The notes: generated by a model not told the origin, from the sequence alone. Positions 46,801-55,832 are shown, counted from the stretch's first letter. The stretch: 64,000 bases of DNA from a virus (IMGVR_UViG_3300025872_000037:1-64000); one strand, 5' to 3'. Made by a program: numbers and translations.

Positions 46801-47157
46801 ATGAATACCAACAACAGCAATAGTCAGAACACGGCCGCCTCGACTCCCAAGTCCTCGAAGGCCTCGAATAAGTCCGCCAATACGGCTACGACCACTGCCA
46901 CCGCTTCGGCTCCCGCCCGCGGTCTCCGCAAGCCTGAGGTCGTTGCGATGCTCAAGAATTTCAAGTTCCCGAGCGAGCCGTTCACCATCAAGCAGGCCTG
47001 CACCGCTCTCGGTGCCGATCACTGGTTGATCCACAACTACGTCAAGGCCAATGGCAAGATCGTCGGCGACGCGCCGAAGTCTGCCGGTCCGAACGGCAAG
47101 GCTCGCGGTAAGGCCGCAAAGCTCTATCAGCTCCCCGCTGACAAGCTGGTCTTCTGA
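46801..47157 (+). CDS. Basic protein with low-complexity N-terminus and possible winged-helix
   Basis: FTIKQACTALG...RGKAAKLYQL; early promoter TTTTAC(46745)-N17-TAGGAT. Confidence 0.6.
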   Translation: MNTNNSNSQNTAASTPKSSKASNKSANTATTTATASAPARGLRKPEVVAMLKNFKFPSEPFTIKQACTALGADHWLIHNYVKANGKIVGDAPKSAGPNGKARGKAAKLYQLPADKLVF

Positions 47158-47280
47158 CCAACCGGCGCGCGGTGGCGCCTCATAATGTCCACCCCTCTTT
47201 TTCATCATCAGAATGGCTGGTTACCTAAGTTATTGGTGGCCAGCCATTTCTGCTTTTGTGAATCTATTTTCTGCGCGTGT

Positions 47281-47347
47281 TGGTAATCAACAACTTAGGT
47301 AATTCTTAGTAGTTCACTTTTTCTGGGTATTTGCTAGTATTTCCTCA
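47281..47347 (+). repeat. Repeated early promoter element, copy 2
   Basis: TGGTAATCAACAACTTAGGTAATTCTTAGT-A-GTTCAC-N17-TAGTAT-N6-ATG. Confidence 0.85.
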
Positions 47348-47658
47348 TGATGAAAAACACCACCCAGAACGAGATGATCAACGGCTGGAACATGAGCCTG
47401 TTCCACTATCACGGCGGCTACCTCTCCTACGGTGAGCTCGTGTTTCAGACCAAGTTCGTGGCTCGGTTCAAGTACAACAAGCGTGACCGTCTTGGCTTCC
47501 AGAAGTTCCTGGTGAACAACTTCACTCCCCTCGAGTACTTCACCCGCCTGATGACGCAGGCTCCCCTCGACATCCTCAAGTCCGCTGGCTACGTCAGCGC
47601 TAGCGAGAAGCGCCTACAGAAACAAAAAGCTTGGTTGTCGTTCTCCAGCGCCCTCTGA
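47347..47658 (+). CDS. Early hypothetical protein
   Basis: FHYHGGYLSY...KFVARFKY...F.KFL..NFT..EYF; leaderless start. Confidence 0.7.
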   Translation: MMKNTTQNEMINGWNMSLFHYHGGYLSYGELVFQTKFVARFKYNKRDRLGFQKFLVNNFTPLEYFTRLMTQAPLDILKSAGYVSASEKRLQKQKAWLSFSSAL

Positions 47659-47659
47659 C

Positions 47660-47722
47660 CATCAACAACTTAGGTAATTCTTAGTTGTTTACTCCAGACC
47701 ACAATTTGCTAGTATTTCCTCA
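47660..47722 (+). repeat. Repeated early promoter element, copy 3
   Basis: CATCAACAACTTAGGTAATTCTTAGTTGTTTAC-N17-TAGTAT-N6-ATG. Confidence 0.85.
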
Positions 47723-47928
47723 TGATGAAACTCACCAAAAAGCTCCCGAACGGTCGCCTGCAAGTCAACAAGTCCGCGGTCATTGCCCGCCTCAAGCAGC
47801 TCCGCAAGGAGCGTAAGGACACCGATCTCCCTGGCCTCCTGCCGGTCTCCGACCGCGAGGTCGTTCGTGAGGCGTCCGAGATGACTCGGTATAACGCCGA
47901 CAAGTTCATCAACACCTCCGAGGACTGA
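47722..47928 (+). CDS. Early hypothetical protein
   Basis: 68-aa ORF directly behind the repeated promoter. Confidence 0.65.
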   Translation: MMKLTKKLPNGRLQVNKSAVIARLKQLRKERKDTDLPGLLPVSDREVVREASEMTRYNADKFINTSED

Positions 47929-47969
47929 GATCCCTCCTTCTGAACAGAAACCTCAAACAACTTTAGACC

Positions 47970-48209
47970 ATGAGCTACAAGAATTGGACCTACACTCCCT
48001 GGGATGACAACGACGGTGATTGCACCAAGATCTGGCATGACTTCACCCACGCGGATGGACGCAGGGTCTCCTGTGACTTCAACCCCTACTCGCGGATGAC
48101 CGCCGAGGATATCCGTCTCTGGTTCGACCTCGGTATGCCTGATCGGATCGACAGCGGTCCGCTGGACAGCTTCGACCTCAACGTCCTCTGGAAGGAAGCC
48201 CATCCGTGA
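47970..48209 (+). CDS. Hypothetical protein
   Basis: 79-aa ORF with typical codon usage. Confidence 0.6.
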   Translation: MSYKNWTYTPWDDNDGDCTKIWHDFTHADGRRVSCDFNPYSRMTAEDIRLWFDLGMPDRIDSGPLDSFDLNVLWKEAHP

Positions 48210-48228
48210 CCGCCGATACCACTAACCT

Positions 48229-48453
48229 ATGAAACTCGATCCTCTCGACATGCTGATGGCAGTCATCACGGCCATCTGTATCTCGTTCCTTGTATCCCTT
48301 CTCATGGCGCTGCCTGTGATGTGGATCTGGAACTCTACGTTCCCAGACCTGTTCCGATTCCCAGAGATCTCCTGGTGGACCGCCTGGAAGATCTCCGTCC
48401 TCTGTTCGTTTCTCTTTAAGACCAGCATTAGCACAAAGTCCGACAACTCGTAA
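48229..48453 (+). CDS. Small membrane protein
   Basis: Hydrophobic; MWIWN...P.LF....IS.W.A motif. Confidence 0.65.
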   Translation: MKLDPLDMLMAVITAICISFLVSLLMALPVMWIWNSTFPDLFRFPEISWWTAWKISVLCSFLFKTSISTKSDNS

Positions 48454-48456
48454 CCA

Positions 48457-48618
48457 ATGAAACCGTACCAGTTCGATATCGTTCAGGAATCATCCTACTC
48501 GATCGCCGAGGAACGTATGATGTCGATCCATGAGGATCCTCATCAGCCGTGGTCTTCCCGTTCTGCTGCGGTAGAGGACGAATTGCCGGTCCAGGAGACC
48601 ATATCCGATGGCTGCTGA
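48457..48618 (+). CDS. Small acidic hypothetical protein (53 aa, not in ORF track)
   Basis: Fills the gap between neighbours: MKPYQFDIVQESSYSIAEE... Confidence 0.4.
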   Translation: MKPYQFDIVQESSYSIAEERMMSIHEDPHQPWSSRSAAVEDELPVQETISDGC

Positions 48619-49105
48619 GGTGCTGGTCACCGGTGGGTCAAAGTTCCAGCGCAAACTCCTACACGAGGCCTGCGATTACTATGTGACCCGTCTACTCGGT
48701 TACCAGATCTCTCGAGAGATCGTCGTGGTCGTCAAGATTCGAAAGAATCTGATGGAGCAGGAAAACTCAAAGGCAGACTGCATCTGGGATGATGACGAAG
48801 ATATGCCTCGGGAGTTTGAGATCCGTCTAGATGCTGATCTGACGATCATGGCGATGCTTCGGTGCCTGGCTCATGAGTGCGTTCATGTGGCACAGTACGC
48901 CTCCGGCAAGATGAAGGACACTAACTCGATTCAGGTCATTAAGTGGAAGGGCAAGAAGATCGATCGAAGAGGGATAGACTATTTTGATCTCCCGTGGGAG
49001 CTCGAGGCCTACGGACAAGAGTTCGGCCTAATGGATCGGTTCATCAATGCCAAAGGATACGCAAAGAAGAAGTGGTACAACGATCCTGACTTTTCTACTT
49101 CTTGA
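48608..49105 (+). CDS. Zinc metallopeptidase-like protein (HExxH)
   Basis: LAHECVHVAQY...Y.DLPWELEAY. Confidence 0.8.
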   Translation: MAAEVLVTGGSKFQRKLLHEACDYYVTRLLGYQISREIVVVVKIRKNLMEQENSKADCIWDDDEDMPREFEIRLDADLTIMAMLRCLAHECVHVAQYASGKMKDTNSIQVIKWKGKKIDRRGIDYFDLPWELEAYGQEFGLMDRFINAKGYAKKKWYNDPDFSTS

Positions 49106-50366
49106 GTTTGAAGCCGATCTTGTTTCCGCCAGGATTTGCTACGTTCGAATGATACTCAAAGATGAATTCACTCTCGGCAAATCCTCTGAGCTCATACTCA
49201 ACCGAGCTGGCCGAGAGGTGAATATAAAGCTGCTGAATGTCGTTCGTTCGAACGATGTCTGTCAGAAATGACGTGTATTTTGGATTCTTGTTGACCTCGT
49301 CAACCAGAGCATAGGCCATCGGAGACAGTATGGCGCCAGATTTTCTCTGGCCGGGAGAATTCCATACCGATACCAGAGTCTCAAGCTTTCCAGCTCTGCC
49401 GATCTTCGAGTAGAAGTTTTTGTCCAGAGCCTTAAACGCCGACTCCCCGTCCTTGAATACCTTCATCCATTCCTCGATCTCCTTGTCCTTATATTCCTTC
49501 TCCCCGATAAGCTTTCCGACGAGGTCATATAGAGGGGATCCGATGGCTTTTGCTGCCATGACGATTCCATCCGTTCCAGAATTTTCTGAGATGGCGCCTA
49601 TGAAGTTATAGATCTTGCGATCATCCGGATTTGTAAAGTTTTTCCCCCTGAGCATTTCCCAGACCGAAGAGATAGACGGTGCAGCACCGCCACCAGCCTT
49701 TGCTGATACTGGAACCTTCAGTTTGTTCTTCAGAATCGCATAGTAGTCCACGAGCTTCTGATTGCTCTTGGATGGAAACTCGATCGCCACAACCTCGTCT
49801 TCCTTGTCGTAGTTATTCAGGAACCACCAAGCTCCGCTGATCTCTCCAAAATCTTTTGCGACGATGGCGATGTCTTTGTCCGAGAGTTTAGCCTTTGGTA
49901 GAGCTGCTTTGTTCTTAGAGCTATTGTTTAGCACCTCAAGCATGAACTCCTTGGCATGAGGAGCAACCATTGCGTTGTTCTTGATCGCCTTCTCGACCTC
50001 ACGAATGAAGCTCGCCCTTGGTATGGTCTTTCCTCCGAGACCCAGACCGTCAGGAGTCAGCATCTTGTTTCCGATGGTCTTGACGTTATCTGTACTGCCA
50101 GACCTAGGTTTCACCCCAGGTTTCTGGAGCATGTCAAACTTGACTCTGACCTTATGAGTCTTTCCGCCGAACTTATAGGTCACAACCGGTTTGCCATCGT
50201 AGTCTTTTGTCGATGGAACTGTGACTTCCTGTCCAGCATTCAGCTTGCCTACGACCTTCGACTGAACCTTCTCATCGAAGGCCTCAGTGTCTTTCTTAAT
50301 GATGGTCGTTACATCCCCGGCAAATTTGTAATACTTTTCCCAGGCAGCTTTTCCAGTTGTCGCCAT
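49095..50366 (-). CDS. Hypothetical protein with restriction-endonuclease-like core
   Basis: KDFGEISG...FP..SN..LVD......VSAK resembles an E..PD..(S)xK variant. Confidence 0.5.
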   Translation of the reverse strand: MATTGKAAWEKYYKFAGDVTTIIKKDTEAFDEKVQSKVVGKLNAGQEVTVPSTKDYDGKPVVTYKFGGKTHKVRVKFDMLQKPGVKPRSGSTDNVKTIGNKMLTPDGLGLGGKTIPRASFIREVEKAIKNNAMVAPHAKEFMLEVLNNSSKNKAALPKAKLSDKDIAIVAKDFGEISGAWWFLNNYDKEDEVVAIEFPSKSNQKLVDYYAILKNKLKVPVSAKAGGGAAPSISSVWEMLRGKNFTNPDDRKIYNFIGAISENSGTDGIVMAAKAIGSPLYDLVGKLIGEKEYKDKEIEEWMKVFKDGESAFKALDKNFYSKIGRAGKLETLVSVWNSPGQRKSGAILSPMAYALVDEVNKNPKYTSFLTDIVRTNDIQQLYIHLSASSVEYELRGFAESEFIFEYHSNVANPGGNKIGFKLKK

Positions 50367-50980
50367 TATTTGATGCCCATGCCTTTTCTCACGTCATGGA
50401 ACATCTCATCCTTGTGAGCTGCACTCATCTTTGACGGAGCTCCGGCATGGAATTGTTTCTTGTTTCCTGTTGATGCATGCTCGCGCATCTTACTGGCCGA
50501 AATGCCGCTTACACCCTCTGAGTCCGGGTCACGTTCTCCGGCCGAGTGAACCGTGATTGACTTGAAGTGGTAGAACCCATGGTCGGTCTTCTTACCGTTG
50601 TATTTGTGCAGAACGGCGTGCATATCTTTGGCTCGGTCTGATCCAGCCACAACATGCAGGTGCTCGACGCCCTTGGAATGAAGGTCGACGGCGTGGTGCA
50701 GAAGACTTGGCTTCTCTTTACTGGAGGTCGAGAGATTCGTGCCAGGAAAAGCCCTCTTCGCGTGCTTCAGCTTTTGGGACGGGCTCAGGGGATTCTTCTT
50801 CGGGTCGTGTGAGTGAGACATGATGACCTCATGACTGGCGCCATGTTTCTTCGCGACGTCATGAACCTTGTTGATCAGTGCCTCGTGTCCATTCGTGATT
50901 GGATTCATTCGAACGAATGACATCACGTGGTGCTTACCAGTCGATTCCTGTTCCGTGACGAATTGAAGAAATCTTTTCAC
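50366..50980 (-). CDS. HIGH-family nucleotidyltransferase (phage cytidyltransferase-like), His-rich
   Basis: RMNPITNGH, KNPL, VAGSDR, SAGERDPD and ISASKMR. Confidence 0.85.
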   Translation of the reverse strand: MKRFLQFVTEQESTGKHHVMSFVRMNPITNGHEALINKVHDVAKKHGASHEVIMSHSHDPKKNPLSPSQKLKHAKRAFPGTNLSTSSKEKPSLLHHAVDLHSKGVEHLHVVAGSDRAKDMHAVLHKYNGKKTDHGFYHFKSITVHSAGERDPDSEGVSGISASKMREHASTGNKKQFHAGAPSKMSAAHKDEMFHDVRKGMGIK

Positions 50981-50982
50981 CG

Positions 50983-52209
50983 TTAGACCTTTCCAAATTT
51001 CTTGACCTTGAGTAGATTCGACCTGGCAAACTCTGCGCGATTGACCAGCTTTGTCGGCTCGGTCTGCCCCTTGAACTTATGGTTCACCACGAATCCCTCT
51101 GGCTTTGAGCGGGTGTCACCGATGTGGTGGGTGAGTCCACCCTCATGCTTCTCGAGGTTCTTCACCAGAACGTTCTTGGCCTGTTGAAGGTGATGGTGCA
51201 TGCTCAGGAGATTATTGTAGTGCCCCTCGTTCTTCTTGATGTGCTCGATGTGACCGGCACCCTCTGCACGCTTCTTCTCCTGGTTGGCCGGAGTCTTGAG
51301 CTTGCTGGCCTGTCTCTCGTAGTGGCCTGCGATGTGTTGCTGAAGACCCTGAGCCGTTGGCTTCTCTCCGGTACGAACGGTATGGTTGATGTACGTGCTC
51401 AGGTGACTGAAGTCTCCCTGATGCTTGGCGGTTGCCTTGTACATTGCTGACCCATGGTTGTCGTGGATCTTCTTGGCCGCAGCCATGTGCTGGTGAAAGG
51501 CGACCTGATCCTTGTGGGGATATTCGACCTTCGAGGTGTCGTGCTCGGCGGTCTTGAAATGAACGTCTGGGTGAGAGCCAAAACTCTTCGTGTCCGGATG
51601 AGGACTCACCGACATGTGCTCGACACCCTTCTTCGTAGGATGTGGCTTGTACTGCTGGTGAACGACGACACCGATCTTTGACTTCTTCACCTTCTCGGCC
51701 TCGGCACCATGAGCGGTGTAGGTGATCGTGTTCGGAGTGAAAGAGACCGATCCGTCCTTGTTGTGCTTGTGATCCTCTGCGGTGTGCATCACGTCTCCCT
51801 GGTAGACTCCAGTCTTTGGTGCAACCTTTGGCAGGTGATGGAGAGCCGACTTCAGTTTGCTGACCAGACCAGGAGCGTGTCCATGGTTCTTCTCGATGTC
51901 GGCGTTGCTGTAATTGATCTTCGGATTCTTGTTGAATGCCGACTTGGTCGCCACAAAGAACTTCTTCGTCTCCGGATGGTGACCGAAGACCAGAGACGGG
52001 GATCCGTCGTACTTCATGGTCAGATCGCTGCTGTGCTTTCCGGCCTTCATGTGCTCGTGAGCCTGAGTGAGGGCGCCGTGGGCATGTTCGAAACCAGCAG
52101 ATCCATGCAAGATCGGACGGTCCTCTGGGTGATGGATGTGTGTCAGCTGTTGCGGATTCGATGCCTCAAGCAGCTCTGTAAATTCAGAAAAGGGTACGAT
52201 CGTGGCCAT
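50983..52209 (-). CDS. DUF6267-like protein with ligase/nucleotidyltransferase motifs, His-rich
   Basis: H.HHPED, KYDG (motif I), YQGD, FTPNTITY, EGFV (IV) and KLVNR.EF (V). Confidence 0.7.
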   Translation of the reverse strand: MATIVPFSEFTELLEASNPQQLTHIHHPEDRPILHGSAGFEHAHGALTQAHEHMKAGKHSSDLTMKYDGSPSLVFGHHPETKKFFVATKSAFNKNPKINYSNADIEKNHGHAPGLVSKLKSALHHLPKVAPKTGVYQGDVMHTAEDHKHNKDGSVSFTPNTITYTAHGAEAEKVKKSKIGVVVHQQYKPHPTKKGVEHMSVSPHPDTKSFGSHPDVHFKTAEHDTSKVEYPHKDQVAFHQHMAAAKKIHDNHGSAMYKATAKHQGDFSHLSTYINHTVRTGEKPTAQGLQQHIAGHYERQASKLKTPANQEKKRAEGAGHIEHIKKNEGHYNNLLSMHHHLQQAKNVLVKNLEKHEGGLTHHIGDTRSKPEGFVVNHKFKGQTEPTKLVNRAEFARSNLLKVKKFGKV

Positions 52210-52215
52210 TCCCCA

Positions 52216-52223
52216 TATTTATA
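52216..52223 (-). promoter_or_regulatory. Late promoter TATAAATA (minus strand)
   Basis: TATTTATA on the + strand, 6 nt before the ATG at 52209. Confidence 0.8.
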
Positions 52224-52237
52224 CTATGGAAATGCCT

Positions 52238-52270
52238 AAAAGAAAACGGGGCGGATTTTGCCCGCCCCGT
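52238..52270 (-). terminator. Intrinsic terminator after the lipoprotein gene
   Basis: Minus strand reads ACGGGGCGG-GCAAAAT-CCGCCCCGT-TTTCTTTT. Confidence 0.85.
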
Positions 52271-52300
52271 GTTAAGGTAAAAGCTTTTACCCTGTGAGGG

Positions 52301-52609
52301 TTATTTGGCCGGAGCTGCAGGGGCCGGTGCAACGATGTCCGAGACACCCTTGACCATTCCACCGACGAGATCCAAACCTCCGCCAACGATTGCTCCGCCG
52401 CCGGAGACGACCTTACCGGCCGCATTGGAAGCAACGCCGAGAGAACGACCGACATCGGCCGCACCATTACCGACGACGTTACCAACGCCACCGATGGCTG
52501 CCTGTCCCATTCCCTTGGCTGAGTTATAGGTAGCATCGACTGTACCGCATCCGGACAGGAGTGCAATGGCCGAAGCAAGAAGAACTGAGGTGAGTTTGAT
52601 GTTTTTCAT
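52301..52609 (-). CDS. Gly/Ala/Val-rich lipoprotein
   Basis: Signal peptide MKNIKLTSVLLASAIALLSG-C with lipobox; GATAAATA late-like box at 52618-25 (minus). Confidence 0.75.
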   Translation of the reverse strand: MKNIKLTSVLLASAIALLSGCGTVDATYNSAKGMGQAAIGGVGNVVGNGAADVGRSLGVASNAAGKVVSGGGAIVGGGLDLVGGMVKGVSDIVAPAPAAPAK

Positions 52610-52639
52610 ACGGAGCATATTTATCCAAAACGGTTCCTC

Positions 52640-52647
52640 TATAAATA
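52640..52647 (+). promoter_or_regulatory. Late promoter TATAAATA
   Basis: Exact consensus upstream of 52708; divergent from the lipoprotein promoter. Confidence 0.75.
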
Positions 52648-52707
52648 GATTTCTATATCACTCCTTGCAAAATCGTTTGCATCGAAAATGGGAAACTCGA
52701 AACAATC

Positions 52708-53043
52708 ATGCTAAGCTTCAAAGACTTTACTCCAGTACAGTATACCGGCGGTGAGACCGAAATGCAGGATCGGTACGCATTCAAGCGTCACCATGGCATC
52801 GTCGGTGAGGCAGAGGATGCCGAGAAGGCATCGACTCCTGGACCAAAGACAAAGATTTCAGTGACGCGTCCTATCGGCCACAAGATCGCCGATATCGGAC
52901 CTGGTGGAACGGAGCATAACGTCCAGACAAAGGACTGGCCAGAGCGTACCTCATCCGAGACAATCTCTAAGATTCGCGGACGTATCAAGGAGAATCGCGA
53001 GCGTCGTGCCAAGCACAAGGAGCAGAACAGCGATCGGTCATGA
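52708..53043 (+). CDS. Hypothetical late protein (probable internal head protein)
   Basis: N-terminus MLSFKDF; basic C-terminus. Confidence 0.6.
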   Translation: MLSFKDFTPVQYTGGETEMQDRYAFKRHHGIVGEAEDAEKASTPGPKTKISVTRPIGHKIADIGPGGTEHNVQTKDWPERTSSETISKIRGRIKENRERRAKHKEQNSDRS

Positions 53044-53957
53044 TCAAATCGTTCTCTCAGTTCCTTTCTGAGGACGCTCCAAAGGAGGTCGTCTTTGCAT
53101 TTGGTCGGTTCAATCCTCCGACCGTTGCACATGAGGCCTTGCTCGAGAAGGTAGCAGATCTCGCCAAGGGCGGTCGTACCTATCGAATCTATTCTTCCAA
53201 GGTCGAGGATCCAAAGAACAATCCGCTGCCGCTGACCGAGAAGGTCAAGTTCATGCGGAAAATGTACCCCCGTCATGCCCGCAGCATCGTCTCGGATACC
53301 GACATCTCTTCTCCACTGCAGGTCTGCACGAAGCTGTACGAACAGGGATTCCGTAAGGTGACTCTGGTCGTCACCGAGAGCAATGTTGCTGAGTTCAAGG
53401 CTCTCCTGAACGGAAACAATGGCCATGAGGGTTCACATGGATTCTACTTCTTCAAGGAAGGAGTCTCGGTTGTTTCATCCGGTCTAAAGGATCCAGATTC
53501 GACCGTTCTGACCGAATCCAAAGTACACGCAGCGATCAGCGCCAATGACCTCGAGCTCTTCACGAAGAGCCTGCCAGCCGGATTCGCTGAGGCCAGAGAG
53601 CTGTTCAATGCCGTCCGTACCGGCATGGGTCTGAGAGAGACGAAGAATTTCCGCAAGCACGTACAGCTTGCACCCGTATCGGAACGCCGTGAGGCCTATG
53701 TGGCCGGCGAGCTGTTCCAGGTCGGAGACGACGTCGTTCTGAAAGAATCCAGTGAGGTCGGCAAGATCTCACATCGTGGCACGAACTACCTGATCGTCTC
53801 CATGCACGACGGCCGCAAGGTCCGTAAGTGGCTGAACGGCGTCGAGTTACTCGAGAAGAAAGCCCCTGAGGTCGTCGAGCTTGAGACAAAGATCGTCATT
53901 GAAAGAGATCCATCAATACCTGGCAAACCAATCTCAAAACTTAGAAACCTGTCCTGA
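53040..53957 (+). CDS. Second cytidyltransferase-like protein, apparently degenerate, with C-terminal SH3-like domain
   Basis: FAFGRFNPPTVAH, KNNPL and REAYVAGELFQVGD.V. Confidence 0.8.
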   Translation: MIKSFSQFLSEDAPKEVVFAFGRFNPPTVAHEALLEKVADLAKGGRTYRIYSSKVEDPKNNPLPLTEKVKFMRKMYPRHARSIVSDTDISSPLQVCTKLYEQGFRKVTLVVTESNVAEFKALLNGNNGHEGSHGFYFFKEGVSVVSSGLKDPDSTVLTESKVHAAISANDLELFTKSLPAGFAEARELFNAVRTGMGLRETKNFRKHVQLAPVSERREAYVAGELFQVGDDVVLKESSEVGKISHRGTNYLIVSMHDGRKVRKWLNGVELLEKKAPEVVELETKIVIERDPSIPGKPISKLRNLS

Positions 53958-55828
53958 TGAAAAACCTGAAGAAGATCCGCGAAGAACATGGCGCCGGTGA
54001 GTGGGGAACACCCGAGCTCACCAAGAAATACCAGGACGAGACACCTGGACAGACCGTCAAGGAGGCGAAGTTCAAGGTCACGTTCATGCACAAGCACCCA
54101 GAGGGTCAGAAGCAGCATGACTATGTGGTCTCAGCTCCTCATCAAAATGCAGCCGACAAGAAGGCCATCGAGCTGCATCGCAAGGCACATCCATCCGGTG
54201 ATTTCCACATGTGGAACTCCGAGGAGCTGTACGAAGAAGGACTGAAGGACGCTTGCTGGAAAGGCTACGAGGCCATCGGAATGAAGATGAAGAATGGCCG
54301 CAAAGTTCCAAACTGCGTACCGAAGGAAGGTCATACCGAGGATGCCCAGGCCGCCCATCAGGCAGCTCATGCGGCGCTGAAGAAGGACGACATCGAGACC
54401 TACCACAAGGAGATGGACAAGAAGTTTGCTGCCCATCAGGCAGCCGAGAAGGAAGCGGCCAAGAAGCCGGTCAAGACGTTCGAGGCCACAGAATTCAAGG
54501 CCGATGAAGGCCTACTGGCACGTATCAAGAAGGACCACGAGGAACTCAAGAACAAATCCACGAAAGAAGTTCTCGCTGTTCACCAGGGACAACATCGAGT
54601 TCGTTCGAACTATACGGCAGCAGAGATCGGCGGAAAGCATGCCATGATCGGTGACATCCTTCGCAATCGCCATGGATCGAAGCACGTCGATCACTATTTC
54701 AGCCAGAAAGAAGACACCGAGGAGAAGAATCTCAAGATCACCAAACACGAGAAGATGGCCGTTGAGGCATCAAAGCGCGGTGACAAGCAGGCACAGCAAT
54801 ATCACCTGGCAATCGTCTCGAAGCTCAAGAACGAATCCGTCGCGGTGAACGAAGAGGCCGGTCAAACGCACCGGGTCGACGTTATGATGGATGATCCGAA
54901 GAAGGGCGAGATCGTTCGTGGCGTCTACCAGACCCACAAGGCAAAACTCCTGAAGAGAGTCCATGTCCAGGCAAACGATCCAAAGGACGCCGAGGCAAAG
55001 GCACACGCCCACTTCACGAAGCAAGGATTCAACGTCCATAGTGCCAAGCACCATTCGGTCGTACAGGAGAGCACAGAGATCTCCGAGGCCGCTACTGGAG
55101 ATGAAAAGACACAGAAGCACCTAGTGACCGTCACAGTGACGGATCCTCAACACTCCATGCAGACCAAGCGCAAGGAGAAGATCATGAAACGCGTGAAGGT
55201 CTCCGCAAAAGATCCGAAGGATGCCGTTGCCAAGGCCGAGGCTCACTATAAGAAGCACGGCTTCAAGGTCCATGATTCACTGCACCACTCGGTCGTTCAG
55301 GAAAGCCTGGACACTGATGAGATCGTGGATTCTACAGAAGAGCCATCCAACGACCAGCAATTACTTTCGATGGCCCGCGGTCAACTGTCAGAGATCGCTG
55401 ATATGGCCAAGGAACTTGTGGATTCTATGGATGAGACCGATGACCTCGAGCCATGGATGAACGCAAAAATAACCACGGCGTATGTCAACCTCGACGACGT
55501 CCATTCCTTCATTGCATATGGCGACGAGTATTCAACAGACAACGATTCTGAAAAAGAAAAAGGTGAGCTCGGAGAAGCAGCCGGAGAGATCGATTCGGAA
55601 GAGAAAGCGCAGATCGCCAAGATGCAAACCCTCATCCGACTCGGAATGCTCAACATCGCAGAGCTCCCCATCGCCCTCAGAGTGATGAAGAAGCTGGCAT
55701 CCGATCAGCAGATTAACATGGTAGAGGACCGAAAGATGCTGCTCAAGCTTCTCTCAGAACTTATCGAACTGGTGACGGAGGACGACACAGTCTTCCGCCG
55801 CGTCAAGATGAACGTTCAAAAGTCCTAA
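53957..55828 (+). CDS. Modular His/Lys-rich protein, probable internal head polyprotein
   Basis: Small modules (CWKGY..G.K.K.G..VPNCVP; duplicated KRV.V.A.DPKDA.AKA.AH...GF.VH...HHSVVQES) separated by (I/L/V)xE sites. Confidence 0.7.
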   Translation: MKNLKKIREEHGAGEWGTPELTKKYQDETPGQTVKEAKFKVTFMHKHPEGQKQHDYVVSAPHQNAADKKAIELHRKAHPSGDFHMWNSEELYEEGLKDACWKGYEAIGMKMKNGRKVPNCVPKEGHTEDAQAAHQAAHAALKKDDIETYHKEMDKKFAAHQAAEKEAAKKPVKTFEATEFKADEGLLARIKKDHEELKNKSTKEVLAVHQGQHRVRSNYTAAEIGGKHAMIGDILRNRHGSKHVDHYFSQKEDTEEKNLKITKHEKMAVEASKRGDKQAQQYHLAIVSKLKNESVAVNEEAGQTHRVDVMMDDPKKGEIVRGVYQTHKAKLLKRVHVQANDPKDAEAKAHAHFTKQGFNVHSAKHHSVVQESTEISEAATGDEKTQKHLVTVTVTDPQHSMQTKRKEKIMKRVKVSAKDPKDAVAKAEAHYKKHGFKVHDSLHHSVVQESLDTDEIVDSTEEPSNDQQLLSMARGQLSEIADMAKELVDSMDETDDLEPWMNAKITTAYVNLDDVHSFIAYGDEYSTDNDSEKEKGELGEAAGEIDSEEKAQIAKMQTLIRLGMLNIAELPIALRVMKKLASDQQINMVEDRKMLLKLLSELIELVTEDDTVFRRVKMNVQKS

Positions 55829-55832
55829 TAAC

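Noticed and set aside
33390-47722. Repeats as a CRISPR array or attachment sites
   Set aside because: The copies are dispersed, not regularly spaced, and each contains -35/-10 boxes directly before an ATG. No cas or integrase gene is in the window.
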